A stretch of DNA of 64,000 bases from a bacterium. Lineage in GTDB: Bacteria > UBA8248. The stretch is taken from NCBI GenBank assembly GCA_965200245.1, contig CBDATS010000004.1:160001-224000 (forward strand), given 5' to 3'. Below the pieces are notes generated by a model. That model had not been told where the DNA came from. It was given only the letters and a program-made list of their open reading frames with translations, and did not search any database. The stretch's first letter is position 1; each line of letters opens with the position of its first letter. This document shows, one piece after another, positions 1 through 9,899 of this stretch. Both the position numbers and the translations under genes were made by a program.

Positions 1-260
1 TCTTCCTCAAGCCGAACGGCGGTGTCGATGAGGATGCGGTAAATTTGCTCAAGCGTCTCGGGCGGACACGGACCATCGTTGCTGCCGAGCACCCTGGCGA
101 AGACCTCATTTTCGCGTCCTTCGTCCTTGACGGCGATGCCGCGCGCATTCTTGTATTCACCGACTTCGAGACAGATTTTCAGTCGATCATTGATAAGGCG
201 GATTATCTGCACATCGCACGCGTCGATCCGCTCCCTGAATCCGGACAATCCATCCGACAT
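1..260 (-). CDS. Chorismate mutase (AroQ/CM_2 domain), 3' end beyond window edge
   Basis: Not in ORF track. Manual translation from ATG 260 (GGAG RBS upstream): MSDGLSGFRERIDACDVQIIRLINDRLKICLEVGEYKNARGIAVKDEGRENEVFARVLGSNDGPCPPETLEQIYRILIDTAVRLEE, showing the AroQ R-x-x-ID...R...VG-x-x-K...D-x-x-RE pattern. Confidence 0.85.
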   Translation of the reverse strand, partial: MSDGLSGFRERIDACDVQIIRLINDRLKICLEVGEYKNARGIAVKDEGRENEVFARVLGSNDGPCPPETLEQIYRILIDTAVRLEE

Positions 261-477
261 GCCGCGCTCCATTTCAAGGACATAATAATACAGGAAAAAT
301 CATTATACCATGATTCGCGGCAGATTCATTCCCTCAGGCCAAATCCGTGTAAAAACGCCTCCCTCTGGCCTTTTCCCCGCTCGGGAGGTACCTTAGGAGG
401 TGTGATTTTCATGCTGTCCACGATATAAATCGGGAATTATAAGGACGTTTTGACAACAACCTGCGATACCCAAATAA

Positions 478-562
478 ATTCAATGACTTAAACGGATTTT
501 TCGGAATTCGTCAGCAATCATGCTTTTTCTGTGCAAGTTATTGATATTTCTTATGTTATAAT
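478..562. promoter_or_regulatory. AT-rich divergent control region with two IHF-like sites and an extended -10 for the autotransporter
   Basis: ATTCAATGACTTA at 478-490 (+, 1 mismatch) and TATCAATAACTTG at 534-546 (-, perfect WATCAANNNNTTR); TGtTATAAT at 554-562 (+). Confidence 0.45.
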
Positions 563-665
563 TTTTCTTTATAATTTCTTGCAAATTTGGTAAGTTGCCC
601 TTGTGCGAGACACGACTTTTTCACTGTCCATATGTAGATATTCTCCCGAAAAAGGAGTTCTTCCC

Positions 666-2516
666 ATGTCGTATCATCTACGCCTGCTCGGCGTTTTCGT
701 TCTCGTGCTCACCTTGGGATTTGCTGGAAACGCCCGGGCGCAGAGTTTCAGCGACGTCGTTGTGTTCGGCGACAGCCTGAGCGATTCGGGTAACGCAGCC
801 GCCGCTTTGGGTCTTCCGCTTCCCCCAGGCACCAGTTTCACGACGAATTTTGACCCCGTGTGGGCCGAAATAGTCGCGGATGCCTTCGGCGCATCGGGGC
901 GACATTCGATCGCGGGCGGGCCAAACTACGCGTTCAGCGGAGCGTGCATGAACCCGGCGACGCCTTGCGATGTCCCAGACGCGCCAACAGTGACGGAGCA
1001 GATTGGACAACATCTTCACATGCGGGGCGGAACCCTCGACCCGAACGCACTCCATACCATCTGGGGCGGGCTGAACGACATCGCCGATTCCGCACTCAGC
1101 AATCCGGCCACTGCGCTCGGCCACGTTCTCGCGGCAGCGGAAGTGAACGCCGCGCAGTTGGGCCGCCTGCGTGGGGCGGGCGCCCGCTACATCATGGTGT
1201 TCAACATGCCGGACGCAAGCGTGGCACCATTCGCCGTCGCGCAGGGTTCCGCCAGTCAAGCGGGGCTGAGGGCGCTGATCGGCCAATACAACCAGAAGCT
1301 CTACGCAGGCATTCGCGAGAATGAGCAGGGCATCGTCCCTATCAACATGAGTGCCATGCTGGGCGCACTCGCGGCAAACCCCGAAAGATACGGCCTCACC
1401 AATACAACGGGAACAGCCTGTGGGCAGCCGAACGCGGACAGCGCACTCTCCATCCAATGCGGACCTGCGGGTTCTCCTTTTCCTGTAACGTATGCGCCCG
1501 GTACAAACAAGACGTATCTGTTCGCCGACCGCAGCCACCCAACCGGCGTTATCCACGAGGTGCTCGCGAGCATGGTCACCTCCACACTCGCGGCTCCGTT
1601 GCAGGTCTCGCTCGCGGGCGAGGCGGGCGTCGAAGCAGTGTCCGCACACCACGGCGTTATCTCGGCGGAGCGGGCTTCTGATTTCGCCCAGCCCGTCGGG
1701 AGTTGGCGCGGCTACGCGCAGGGCCGCTTCGGCGGAAGTGATACGGGTGCCCTGCCGCGTCTCGGGGAGGCTGAATCCGACATGACATCGGTCACCCTCG
1801 GCGTGGGCCACCGTGCCGGACCGGACCTCTCCTGGGGCGCCGCACTGAGCATCGCCCGCCATGAGAACGAAATCACGGGTGCGACCCTGGATGGAGATGC
1901 GGCGCTCGTTTCGCTGCACGGCGCTTGGCAGAGAGACAGCCTCCAGGTGAGTGTCGCCCTCACCATGGGACAGACCTCGGTTGACCTGGAACGCTCGATA
2001 ACACTTGCGGCGCTCGATCACTCCGAGCGTGGTTCCACCGAAGCAGCCCAGTTCGGGGGGGCACTCGAACTGGCGTATATGTTCAACACCTCCGAGACCC
2101 TGCGCCATGGGCCGTTTTTCGGCTTCTCGCTTCTTAATCAGGAGGTCGAGGGTTTTCAGGAGAACGGGGATTCCTCGACCGCGTTGAATTATTCGGACTT
2201 CTCACGCAACTCTCTCGTCATGCGTGGCGGTTATCACTTCGGCTGGAGCATCGGCGGGCTTCGCCCATACGCGCGCATCGCCTACGAGCGTGAACTCGAG
2301 GACGACCCCATCATGGTCTCGGCGGGTTCGAACACCATGCCAGGACGCTTCACACTATCCGGCTCCACTCCCTCGGCCAGCACCGTGAGCGCAGACCTCG
2401 GCGTGAGCGCGAAACTCGGTGAGCGCGCAAGCGGCCTCGTGGGCTACACAGGCCACTTCGGTGACGGATCGCGCCACAGCCACCGTTTCTCGCTTGCCCT
2501 GCAGGTCATCTTCTGA
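666..2516 (+). CDS. GDSL/SGNH esterase autotransporter (EstA/ApeE-like)
   Basis: Signal peptide ending ARA|Q, FGDSLSDSGN block I, GGLND block III, FADRSHPT (DxxH) block V, C-terminal beta-barrel ending LALQVIF; start moved to ATG 666 after AAGGAG RBS. Confidence 0.92.
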   Translation: MSYHLRLLGVFVLVLTLGFAGNARAQSFSDVVVFGDSLSDSGNAAAALGLPLPPGTSFTTNFDPVWAEIVADAFGASGRHSIAGGPNYAFSGACMNPATPCDVPDAPTVTEQIGQHLHMRGGTLDPNALHTIWGGLNDIADSALSNPATALGHVLAAAEVNAAQLGRLRGAGARYIMVFNMPDASVAPFAVAQGSASQAGLRALIGQYNQKLYAGIRENEQGIVPINMSAMLGALAANPERYGLTNTTGTACGQPNADSALSIQCGPAGSPFPVTYAPGTNKTYLFADRSHPTGVIHEVLASMVTSTLAAPLQVSLAGEAGVEAVSAHHGVISAERASDFAQPVGSWRGYAQGRFGGSDTGALPRLGEAESDMTSVTLGVGHRAGPDLSWGAALSIARHENEITGATLDGDAALVSLHGAWQRDSLQVSVALTMGQTSVDLERSITLAALDHSERGSTEAAQFGGALELAYMFNTSETLRHGPFFGFSLLNQEVEGFQENGDSSTALNYSDFSRNSLVMRGGYHFGWSIGGLRPYARIAYERELEDDPIMVSAGSNTMPGRFTLSGSTPSASTVSADLGVSAKLGERASGLVGYTGHFGDGSRHSHRFSLALQVIF

Positions 2517-2668
2517 CCGCGACGGGGGAGATACTGTAAGCAGGAAATGCACGCACCAAGGAGAATGACCTTTGAGGAATGAAATATTTCAGGAATAAAT
2601 TTCGGATTCAGTTGATACCCATGGAGTTTTACGGTTTCATCGCCCAAAGCGGGGCTTCAGATGGAATA

Positions 2669-3622
2669 TTACCCGAAAATGGCCTCGATGAATGCATCGG
2701 CGTCAAAATCCATGAGATCCTCTACCGACTCACCCACGCCGACGTACCTTATCGGTATACCACTCTCATAAGTGGCTCCCAGTGCTACGCCGCCTTTCGC
2801 CGTTCCGTCGAGCTTGGTGAGTACCAAACCCGTCACGCCGAGCGTCGAGCCGAATTCACGAACCTGTGAGAGGACATTCTGCCCGGACGTCGCATCCAAT
2901 ACGAGCAAGACCTCATGGGGTGCCGAATCAATAAGGCGTTGCGTCACGCGCCTCAGCTTCTTCAATTCCTCCATGAGGTTGTGTTTCGTATGCAGGCGCC
3001 CTGCCGTATCCACGAGTAAAACATCGGCCTTGCGCGCCCTCGCCGCCTGAACAGCGTCATACACCACGGCAGATGAATCTGCTCCCTCCTGATGGCGAAT
3101 GATCTCACTTCCGCTTCGCTCGGCCCATATCTCCAACTGCTCACCGGCCGCTGCTCGAAAAGTATCCCCCGCCGCGAGCATGACCTGATGATTTTCGGCT
3201 GAGTATCGAGAGGCGAGTTTGCCCGCCGTCGTCGTCTTGCCCACGCCATTGACACCTACCAACAAGATAATTCTGGGATCTCCTGCAGAAGGCTCCTGCG
3301 GCGTGAACTCAGGCCGACATTGAGGATTTTCAAAGCATGATCGCATGATTTCCTTGACGCGTGCCTGTGCATCTGATCCTGCACCATCCCCTGATTTGAG
3401 TTTCTTCAGCAGAGATTCCACCAAAGGAGGACCCAGATCCGCCATATAGAGGACTTCTTCCAACTCCTCAAGCATATCTTCATCGATTCTTCCCGCAACC
3501 AAACCCTTCACCTGGGCGAGAACTCCCGCTCTCGTCTTCGAAAGACCAGCGCGCAACCTGCCGAACCAACCTTTTGCGCCGCTACTCTCCTTCAGGTTAC
3601 CCTCTTTTTCAAAACCGGACAT
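2669..3622 (-). CDS. ftsY: SRP receptor GTPase FtsY
   Basis: GVNGVGKTTT, DTFRAAA, DTAGR, TKLDGTAKGG; start probably ATG 3622 (MSGFEKE), no long acidic domain. Confidence 0.96.
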   Translation of the reverse strand: MSGFEKEGNLKESSGAKGWFGRLRAGLSKTRAGVLAQVKGLVAGRIDEDMLEELEEVLYMADLGPPLVESLLKKLKSGDGAGSDAQARVKEIMRSCFENPQCRPEFTPQEPSAGDPRIILLVGVNGVGKTTTAGKLASRYSAENHQVMLAAGDTFRAAAGEQLEIWAERSGSEIIRHQEGADSSAVVYDAVQAARARKADVLLVDTAGRLHTKHNLMEELKKLRRVTQRLIDSAPHEVLLVLDATSGQNVLSQVREFGSTLGVTGLVLTKLDGTAKGGVALGATYESGIPIRYVGVGESVEDLMDFDADAFIEAIFG

Positions 3623-3730
3623 CACAGGTAGTTCCTCGACGCAAGCCCAAACGAAGTTCAACCCCGGCGACAGCGCGCCGGGGCCATCTTCCAGCAAAAC
3701 CTCGCTCAAAAACAAGTGCGACGTCAGGCG

Positions 3731-6700
3731 CTAAACTCGCGCTACTTCTCCAACGCCATTTACCTTCGCCTCCTCGTGGTTCAGCTTCACGGAAACGACT
3801 TCTGAAACGCCTTTTTCCCTCTGTGTCACGCCGTAGAGTTGGTTCGCGTACGACATGGTCTTTTTGTTATGGGTGATGATGATAAACTGGCTCCGATCTT
3901 CAAGTTCGGACAGTACTTCGCGAAAACGCTCGACATTGGCGTCGTCCAGGGTGGCATCGACCTCATCGAGGATACAAAACGGACTCGGCCGAACGCTGAA
4001 GACCGCGAACAACAGCGAAATAGCGGTGAGCGCCTTCTCACCGGCGGACAGCAACATGATGTTCGAAGGACGCTTGCCGGGCGGCTTCACCTCTATGTCG
4101 ACGCCTGTCTCCAGGGGGTCATCGGGGTCGAGCAGAAACATTCGCGCCTCGCCTCCCTGGAACAGGCGGCCAAAAATGTCCGTGAAAGCGCTGCGCACCT
4201 CCTCGAATGCCGCCAGGAAACGGGATTTCGTTGTCTTGTTCAGCCTCTCGATGGTAGTGCGGAGATCGGCGATGGAGCTCTCCAAATCTTCCTGCTGTTT
4301 CTGTAAAAACACGTATTCCTGATTGATCTCGTCGTATTCCTGCGCAGCCAAGGGGTTCACTTCTCCCATCCGCGAAAGCCTTTGATTGAGCATTTCCAGG
4401 CGATTCTCGATTTCCTGATAGCGGGGAAGTTCTTCTCTCTGGTTTTCGGCGGTTTCCTCAAGGTTGACCTGATGTTCCGTCTCGGCGGTTTCCAATATGG
4501 CCTCGCGTTTCACGCTAAGCGTCGTCCGTCGCTCCGCCGCCTCGCTTACCTCGACGCTCAGGCGTGAGGTCTTCTCCCTTACGTCGCGAATCGTTTCGCC
4601 CAAGCGCTCATTGTGTGATTGCGCTTCTCCCAAAATGCGCTCACGCTCGGCCCGTTCGATTTTCACTTCGGCTTCCTTCTCCTGAAGAGTCCGTATTTCC
4701 TCTGTACTTTGTGCGAGCCTCTCCAGAAAGTGTTTTCTCTTATCGCCGGATTCGTCCTGGTCCTCTTCTTTACGAATTTTGCGGGCCGTATTCTGGGATA
4801 TCGCATGCTCCAGCCGTTGAACCTCAGCACGACCACCAGCCAGTCTCCCGTCGATTTCCGTCAACGCAACTTTTTTATCCGTGACGCGCGCCTCCACTTC
4901 CGTATGCTGCCGGCCGGCATCACCGACCTTTTTCTCAAACTCCTTCAGACTCGTGTTGAGTTCAAAAATGGCTTCTTCCGCGCAAAGGCTTTCGTCCCGC
5001 GCCGATTGAAGCACATCTACGAGACGTATCTGCTCCGCGCGTACCTTCTCCAACTCGGTTTCAAGCACAGCCAGTCTCTTTTTCAATTCCTCGCGTTTGG
5101 CTTCCGCTGAACGAAGAACCCCCTCGGCCTCCACGCGCATTACCTCGGCACGCTGATACGCCTCGGTTGCATTACGGTTCCTTTGCCCTACTTCGGATAA
5201 CTGCTCGCTCAATTTTTGATAAATCAACTCTGATTCATGAAGCTGCCCCTGGAAATGCGCAACCTTCATGCGCATCTCCTCACACCTTCTCGAGCGCTCC
5301 AGATAACCTTCGTTCCGGGTCAGTCCACCTTCCACAACTCCATTCGCGTGAATGATTTCGCCGTTCAAAGTGACACAAACAATACCCTGCGGACCATTGC
5401 ACCATGCCGCCTGCGCGGCATCGACATCCTCCACCACCACAACGTCGCCGAGCAACGATTGAACGAGGGGTCGGTAATCCGCATGGCAATGGACCAAGTC
5501 TGCCGCAATCCCCAAAACACCGTTACTCAAGGGGACGACGGCGCCCGGTTGATCACTGACTTCTATCGGCAAGGCTACACCCCGGGACGCTTCTGAATCC
5601 ATGAGCACCCGAACTGCATTCACCGCATCGCCGGGAGTTTTTACGACCACGCCCAGCAGTTTATCTCCAAGAGCCGTTTCGACGGCTTTTTCAAACTTCG
5701 GATCGACACGAATGACTTCCGGGAAGGACGCCAGTACCTGAGCACCGCAAGACCTGAACACTTCCGCATCCGCTACTCCGGTCTCATCAGAGCCCAACAC
5801 ACCTTCCAGGGCCGAGAGGGCGGACTTTGCCTCCATCAAAGATTCTTTCACGCTTGCCATGGACTCTTCATGGCTCGTCAACAACCCGGACGTTTGTGCA
5901 CGCTCAGTTCTCACTCGTTCAAGCTCTTGTTTCGCACGGTGCTCAGAAGCAACGAGCGATTCCAACCGGTTTTTCGCATCACCTGCGTCGATTTGAGTCG
6001 ATTCGAGTCGACGCTTGATATCTGTGCTCTCATTGCCAATCCTATCCGTGGACTCGACCAGCCCTTCACGCTTCGCTTCAATTGAGGCGATACGCTGGCG
6101 CGCCTCGCTTAAACGTTCTCTTTCTTTTTCTTGAGCGCGCCTCGCTTCATCAAGCGACCGCTCGAATTCCCTTACACTCTCCCTGACAGCGGCCAGTTCC
6201 GCCGTACTGGCATCATATTCCTGGCGTGCAACGCACGATTGGTCGGCAAGCATATCGAGGTTTGAAACAAGCTCGATTTTTTCGTTTTCAAATGTCGTGA
6301 TCTCTCCGGCGAGGGCCTGGATTTCTTCCGCGCGCCGTTCATTTTCTCCATCGAGTTCCGCGAGACGGTTTCTGAACATCTCGACCTGGTTTTCCTGCTT
6401 CATGAGGTGCCCACTCAACTCTATCGCCTGGTTGCGGGATTCCCCCAATGCTTCCGATCGTTCCGTGATTTGAATTCGCCCCTTTTCTTGATCTGCCTCA
6501 AGAGAAGACAACTTCGCTGACAGTGCCTGTTCTTCTTCCTTGAGACGCTCATGAGCTTTTTCAGCGGGAACAAGCTCATCCACGAGTTTCAGGTAGTCGA
6601 GCGCCAACATTCTGGCGGAAAGATCGGCAATTTCGGTTTTATACTCCTTGTGAAACGTCGCTTTTCTTGCCTGACGGCGCAAGGAACGCAAACGGGTCTC

Positions 6701-7306
6701 TTTCTCGCGCATGATGTCGGCCAAACGAAGCAGATTCGCCTGAGCAAGCTCAAGCTTGCGCAATGCTTCGTTCCGTCTGCTCTTGTATTTCATGATGCCA
6801 GCGGCTTCTTCGATCAGAATTCGTCTTTCCATAGGTCTCGCATTTACGAGGGACTCTATCTTGCCTTGCTCCACAATGGAGAAGGTATCGAGGGAAACGC
6901 CGGTATCCAGAAACAAATCGACAATGTCTTTGAGACGGCATGGATTGCGATTGATGAGATATTCACTTTCCCCGGATCGATACAGGCGACGTGTAACAAC
7001 CACCTCGTCGAAATCCTTGTATGCGGGGGAAGTCACGACACCCTTGAGATCGGCTATCGTAAGAGAGACCTCGGACATGCCGAGTTGTTTGCGCTCGGCG
7101 CTCCCATTGAAGATGACGTCCTCCATCTTTCTGGAGCGCATGTTTTTGGGAGCCTGCTCACCCAGAACCCACCGCACGGCATCGCAAACGTTGCTTTTGC
7201 CACACCCGTTGGGTCCGACCACAGCTGTAAGTCCTCCTCCAATTTCAATCACGGTTTTTTCGACGAAGGACTTGAAACCCTGCATCTCCAAGCGTTGGAA
7301 TCGCAA
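3731..7306 (-). CDS. smc: Chromosome segregation protein SMC
   Basis: GFKSF, Walker A GPNGCGKSN, coiled coils plus hinge, signature LSAGEK, Walker B LDEVDA, IITH; TTG 7306 with GAGG RBS. Confidence 0.96.
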   Translation of the reverse strand: MRFQRLEMQGFKSFVEKTVIEIGGGLTAVVGPNGCGKSNVCDAVRWVLGEQAPKNMRSRKMEDVIFNGSAERKQLGMSEVSLTIADLKGVVTSPAYKDFDEVVVTRRLYRSGESEYLINRNPCRLKDIVDLFLDTGVSLDTFSIVEQGKIESLVNARPMERRILIEEAAGIMKYKSRRNEALRKLELAQANLLRLADIMREKETRLRSLRRQARKATFHKEYKTEIADLSARMLALDYLKLVDELVPAEKAHERLKEEEQALSAKLSSLEADQEKGRIQITERSEALGESRNQAIELSGHLMKQENQVEMFRNRLAELDGENERRAEEIQALAGEITTFENEKIELVSNLDMLADQSCVARQEYDASTAELAAVRESVREFERSLDEARRAQEKERERLSEARQRIASIEAKREGLVESTDRIGNESTDIKRRLESTQIDAGDAKNRLESLVASEHRAKQELERVRTERAQTSGLLTSHEESMASVKESLMEAKSALSALEGVLGSDETGVADAEVFRSCGAQVLASFPEVIRVDPKFEKAVETALGDKLLGVVVKTPGDAVNAVRVLMDSEASRGVALPIEVSDQPGAVVPLSNGVLGIAADLVHCHADYRPLVQSLLGDVVVVEDVDAAQAAWCNGPQGIVCVTLNGEIIHANGVVEGGLTRNEGYLERSRRCEEMRMKVAHFQGQLHESELIYQKLSEQLSEVGQRNRNATEAYQRAEVMRVEAEGVLRSAEAKREELKKRLAVLETELEKVRAEQIRLVDVLQSARDESLCAEEAIFELNTSLKEFEKKVGDAGRQHTEVEARVTDKKVALTEIDGRLAGGRAEVQRLEHAISQNTARKIRKEEDQDESGDKRKHFLERLAQSTEEIRTLQEKEAEVKIERAERERILGEAQSHNERLGETIRDVREKTSRLSVEVSEAAERRTTLSVKREAILETAETEHQVNLEETAENQREELPRYQEIENRLEMLNQRLSRMGEVNPLAAQEYDEINQEYVFLQKQQEDLESSIADLRTTIERLNKTTKSRFLAAFEEVRSAFTDIFGRLFQGGEARMFLLDPDDPLETGVDIEVKPPGKRPSNIMLLSAGEKALTAISLLFAVFSVRPSPFCILDEVDATLDDANVERFREVLSELEDRSQFIIITHNKKTMSYANQLYGVTQREKGVSEVVSVKLNHEEAKVNGVGEVARV

Positions 7307-7442
7307 TTCAACACCTCGGCGGGCGGATGAATTCATTTTCAGGGGGCGGTATAAGACGCTACCAAGGCGGCAGGACCCAATGGCTTACCAGAATTCCGCA
7401 GCATCCGCAAAACAAAAAACCGTATTTTGGAACTGTGGGCCG

Positions 7443-8153
7443 CTATGCTTCCTCTATCCTGTCGACGGCTTGTTTCGCAGCCACCTGCTCTGCCGCTTTC
7501 TTGGTCGTTCCCTGCCCACGTCCCATTACCTTGTGACCGAGGCGAACCTCGACCTCGAATTCCTTTTCGTGTTCGGGACCACTTTCCCGAACCAGACGAT
7601 AACCAGGCAGCCTGTTCCCGTTTTTTTGAGCCAACTGCTGTAGCCGGCTTTTGAAATCCTGTGAAAGGATGCCCTCTTCATTCAGTCCCTCGGCCCAGAA
7701 CCACGATTCCGCCCATTGCATGCAACGGGCGTAACCAGCATCAAGATATATGGCTCCCACCAGCGCTTCGACGACTCCTGCCTGGATGGAGGGTTTCTGT
7801 CGCCCTCCCGTCTTCTCTTCCCCCTTTCCCAGCCTGAGGAATGCTCCCAGGTCACGACGACTAAAAATACCCGCCAAAGAACGGCCGTTCACACGTTCGG
7901 AACGCATATGGGTCAAAACACCTTCATCTTCTGTAGGGAAATGTTTCCAAAGCTTTTCTGTCACGATGAGTTGCAATACGGCATCCCCCAGAAATTCCAG
8001 GCGTTCGTTATCTAAAGTGGGAGTTGAACTTTCCTGAGCGAAAGAGCGGTGCGTCAGGGCCTGAACGAGGAGTTCCTTGTTTGAAAACGAATAGCCGAGC
8101 TGGGTTTCGATTTCCGCCAAGGTGAATCCTCTTGCTTCCGAAACGAAGAGCAT
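7443..8153 (-). CDS. rnc: Ribonuclease III
   Basis: ALTHRS, NERLEFLGDAVL, C-terminal dsRBD (DFKSRLQ...KKAAEQ); start trimmed to ATG 8153. Confidence 0.96.
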   Translation of the reverse strand: MLFVSEARGFTLAEIETQLGYSFSNKELLVQALTHRSFAQESSTPTLDNERLEFLGDAVLQLIVTEKLWKHFPTEDEGVLTHMRSERVNGRSLAGIFSRRDLGAFLRLGKGEEKTGGRQKPSIQAGVVEALVGAIYLDAGYARCMQWAESWFWAEGLNEEGILSQDFKSRLQQLAQKNGNRLPGYRLVRESGPEHEKEFEVEVRLGHKVMGRGQGTTKKAAEQVAAKQAVDRIEEA

Positions 8154-8184
8154 GCTGTTTATGTCGTTGGCGGAACCTCTTGCC

Positions 8185-9462
8185 TTAAGCTGCGTTGCTT
8201 TCCGCTCTCTTGAACAGGAGCGACGCATTGGTTCCCCCGAACCCAAATGAGTTTGTGATGGCACAACCGATATCCGCTTCCCGGGCAGTATTGGGGACAT
8301 AGTCGAGATCGCATTCCGGGTCTGGGGTATCCAGGTTGACCGTAGGTGGAATGCGCTGGTCCTTGAGCGCCAAGATAGTGTAAACCGTCTCCACTCCTCC
8401 CGCCGCGCCCAGAAGATGCCCGGTCATGGATTTTGTGGAACTTACACCGAGTTTGTAGGCATGTTCACCAAATGTTTTTTTAATGGCTGTCGTCTCGAGT
8501 TTATCTCCCGCGCCGGTGGATGTGCCGTGCGCGTTGATATAATCCACATCCTCAGGTTCGAGTTCCGCATCATCTAACGCCATGCTCATGCAGCGGGCTG
8601 CTCCCTCTCCACCCGGGTCGGGGGAAGTGATGTGGTGCGCGTCTGAAGTGAGTCCGTAGCCGCTGAGTTCGGCATAAATTTCCGCACCCCGCGCAACGGC
8701 ACGCTCATAACGTTCCAGGACCAGGACGCCCGCTCCCTCCGCCATTACGAACCCGTCCCTGTCCGCATCGAAAGGCCGACTCGCCCCCTCGGGGTCATCG
8801 TTGCGGGTGCTTAGTGCCCGCATCGCGCAAAACCCTGCCATGCCCAGTTCCGTGATGCAGGCCTCGCTCCCACCGGCCACCATGACATCAACCAAACCGC
8901 GTTGAATGCACTTCATCGCGTCACCGATGGCGTGGCTGCCAGATGCACATGCCGTAGTGGTGCAAATATTCGGTCCCCTCAATCCCCAGCGCATCGATAC
9001 CTGGCCTGCGGCCATATTGCCCACCAACATGGGAATGAAGAAAGGACTGATACGGTTCGGTCCCCTGTCCAGCAACAACTTCATGTTCTCCTCGATCGCC
9101 GGCAAACCGCCCAAACCAACGCCGATGATGGCTCCGTATCGCGGCGCCTCATCCACGTCCGGAGCACTGAGGCCCGCATCATCGAAAGCCATCTGAGTAG
9201 CCGCAATGACATACTGGATGAAGGTGTCCATTTTCTTGAGTTCTTTGCGGGGCAAGTAGTTTTCAGGCTCGAACCCCTTGACTTCTCCGGCGATTCGAGA
9301 CGTCAACCGATCCGGACAAAACCTGGACACCTTGCCGATGCCCGAGCGGCCCTGTATCAGGGCTTCCCAGTTTCCCTCCACTGTCAAGCCCAGCGGCGTA
9401 ATCAACCCGAGCCCAGTCACGGCGACCCGAACATCCGATTTCACGAAATCCAGATTATCCAT
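8185..9462 (-). CDS. fabF: Beta-ketoacyl-ACP synthase II
   Basis: TACASG, INAHGTST, TGHLLGAAG, NSFGFGGTN. Confidence 0.96.
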   Translation of the reverse strand: MDNLDFVKSDVRVAVTGLGLITPLGLTVEGNWEALIQGRSGIGKVSRFCPDRLTSRIAGEVKGFEPENYLPRKELKKMDTFIQYVIAATQMAFDDAGLSAPDVDEAPRYGAIIGVGLGGLPAIEENMKLLLDRGPNRISPFFIPMLVGNMAAGQVSMRWGLRGPNICTTTACASGSHAIGDAMKCIQRGLVDVMVAGGSEACITELGMAGFCAMRALSTRNDDPEGASRPFDADRDGFVMAEGAGVLVLERYERAVARGAEIYAELSGYGLTSDAHHITSPDPGGEGAARCMSMALDDAELEPEDVDYINAHGTSTGAGDKLETTAIKKTFGEHAYKLGVSSTKSMTGHLLGAAGGVETVYTILALKDQRIPPTVNLDTPDPECDLDYVPNTAREADIGCAITNSFGFGGTNASLLFKRAESNAA

Positions 9463-9496
9463 GCTTCCTCTTCGATTTGCAGATCAACGGGGTTTT

Positions 9497-9739
9497 CTAA
9501 TCTCCAAGCACCTTGCCGATATAGTCATACGCATCCTGCAACTTGGAGATCTTCTCCGCTTCCTCATCAGGTATTTCGATTCCGAATTTTTCCTCGAACG
9601 CCATGACAAGTTCTACAGTATCCAGCGAATCCGCACCCAGATCATCGGTAAATGAAGCTTCAGGTACTACTTTCTCAGGCTCCACACTCAACTGCTCAAC
9701 TATGATCTCTTTGATTTGTGCTTTGATTTCTTCTGTCAC
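9497..9739 (-). CDS. acpP: Acyl carrier protein
   Basis: [18 protein letters not shown]; GTG 9739 with GGAGG RBS. Confidence 0.97.
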   Translation of the reverse strand: MTEEIKAQIKEIIVEQLSVEPEKVVPEASFTDDLGADSLDTVELVMAFEEKFGIEIPDEEAEKISKLQDAYDYIGKVLGD

Positions 9740-9899
9740 GCCGTTTCCTCCGAAAATCTTGCTGTCAAACCTATACAGGGATTTCTCTCGAAAAGATATT
9801 TGACCCAATATTCATCTACGCATCAGTGGAACTTTATCCAGAAACTCGAGTCCGTCTCCGCTCCCCATGCATACAGGCTTCGGGGAACATCATACCCAG

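Noticed and set aside
45-428. 127-aa plus-strand ORF
   Set aside because: The opposite strand encodes a clear chorismate mutase
586-606. Possible sigma54 -24/-12 site near the IHF-like boxes
   Set aside because: GG to GC spacing does not fit the required 10 nt
678-2108. 476-aa minus-strand ORF
   Set aside because: Antisense to the autotransporter; no domain signal
3623-3730. Possible SRP RNA between smc and ftsY
   Set aside because: Only a simple GC hairpin (3662-3683); the SRP domain IV motif is absent
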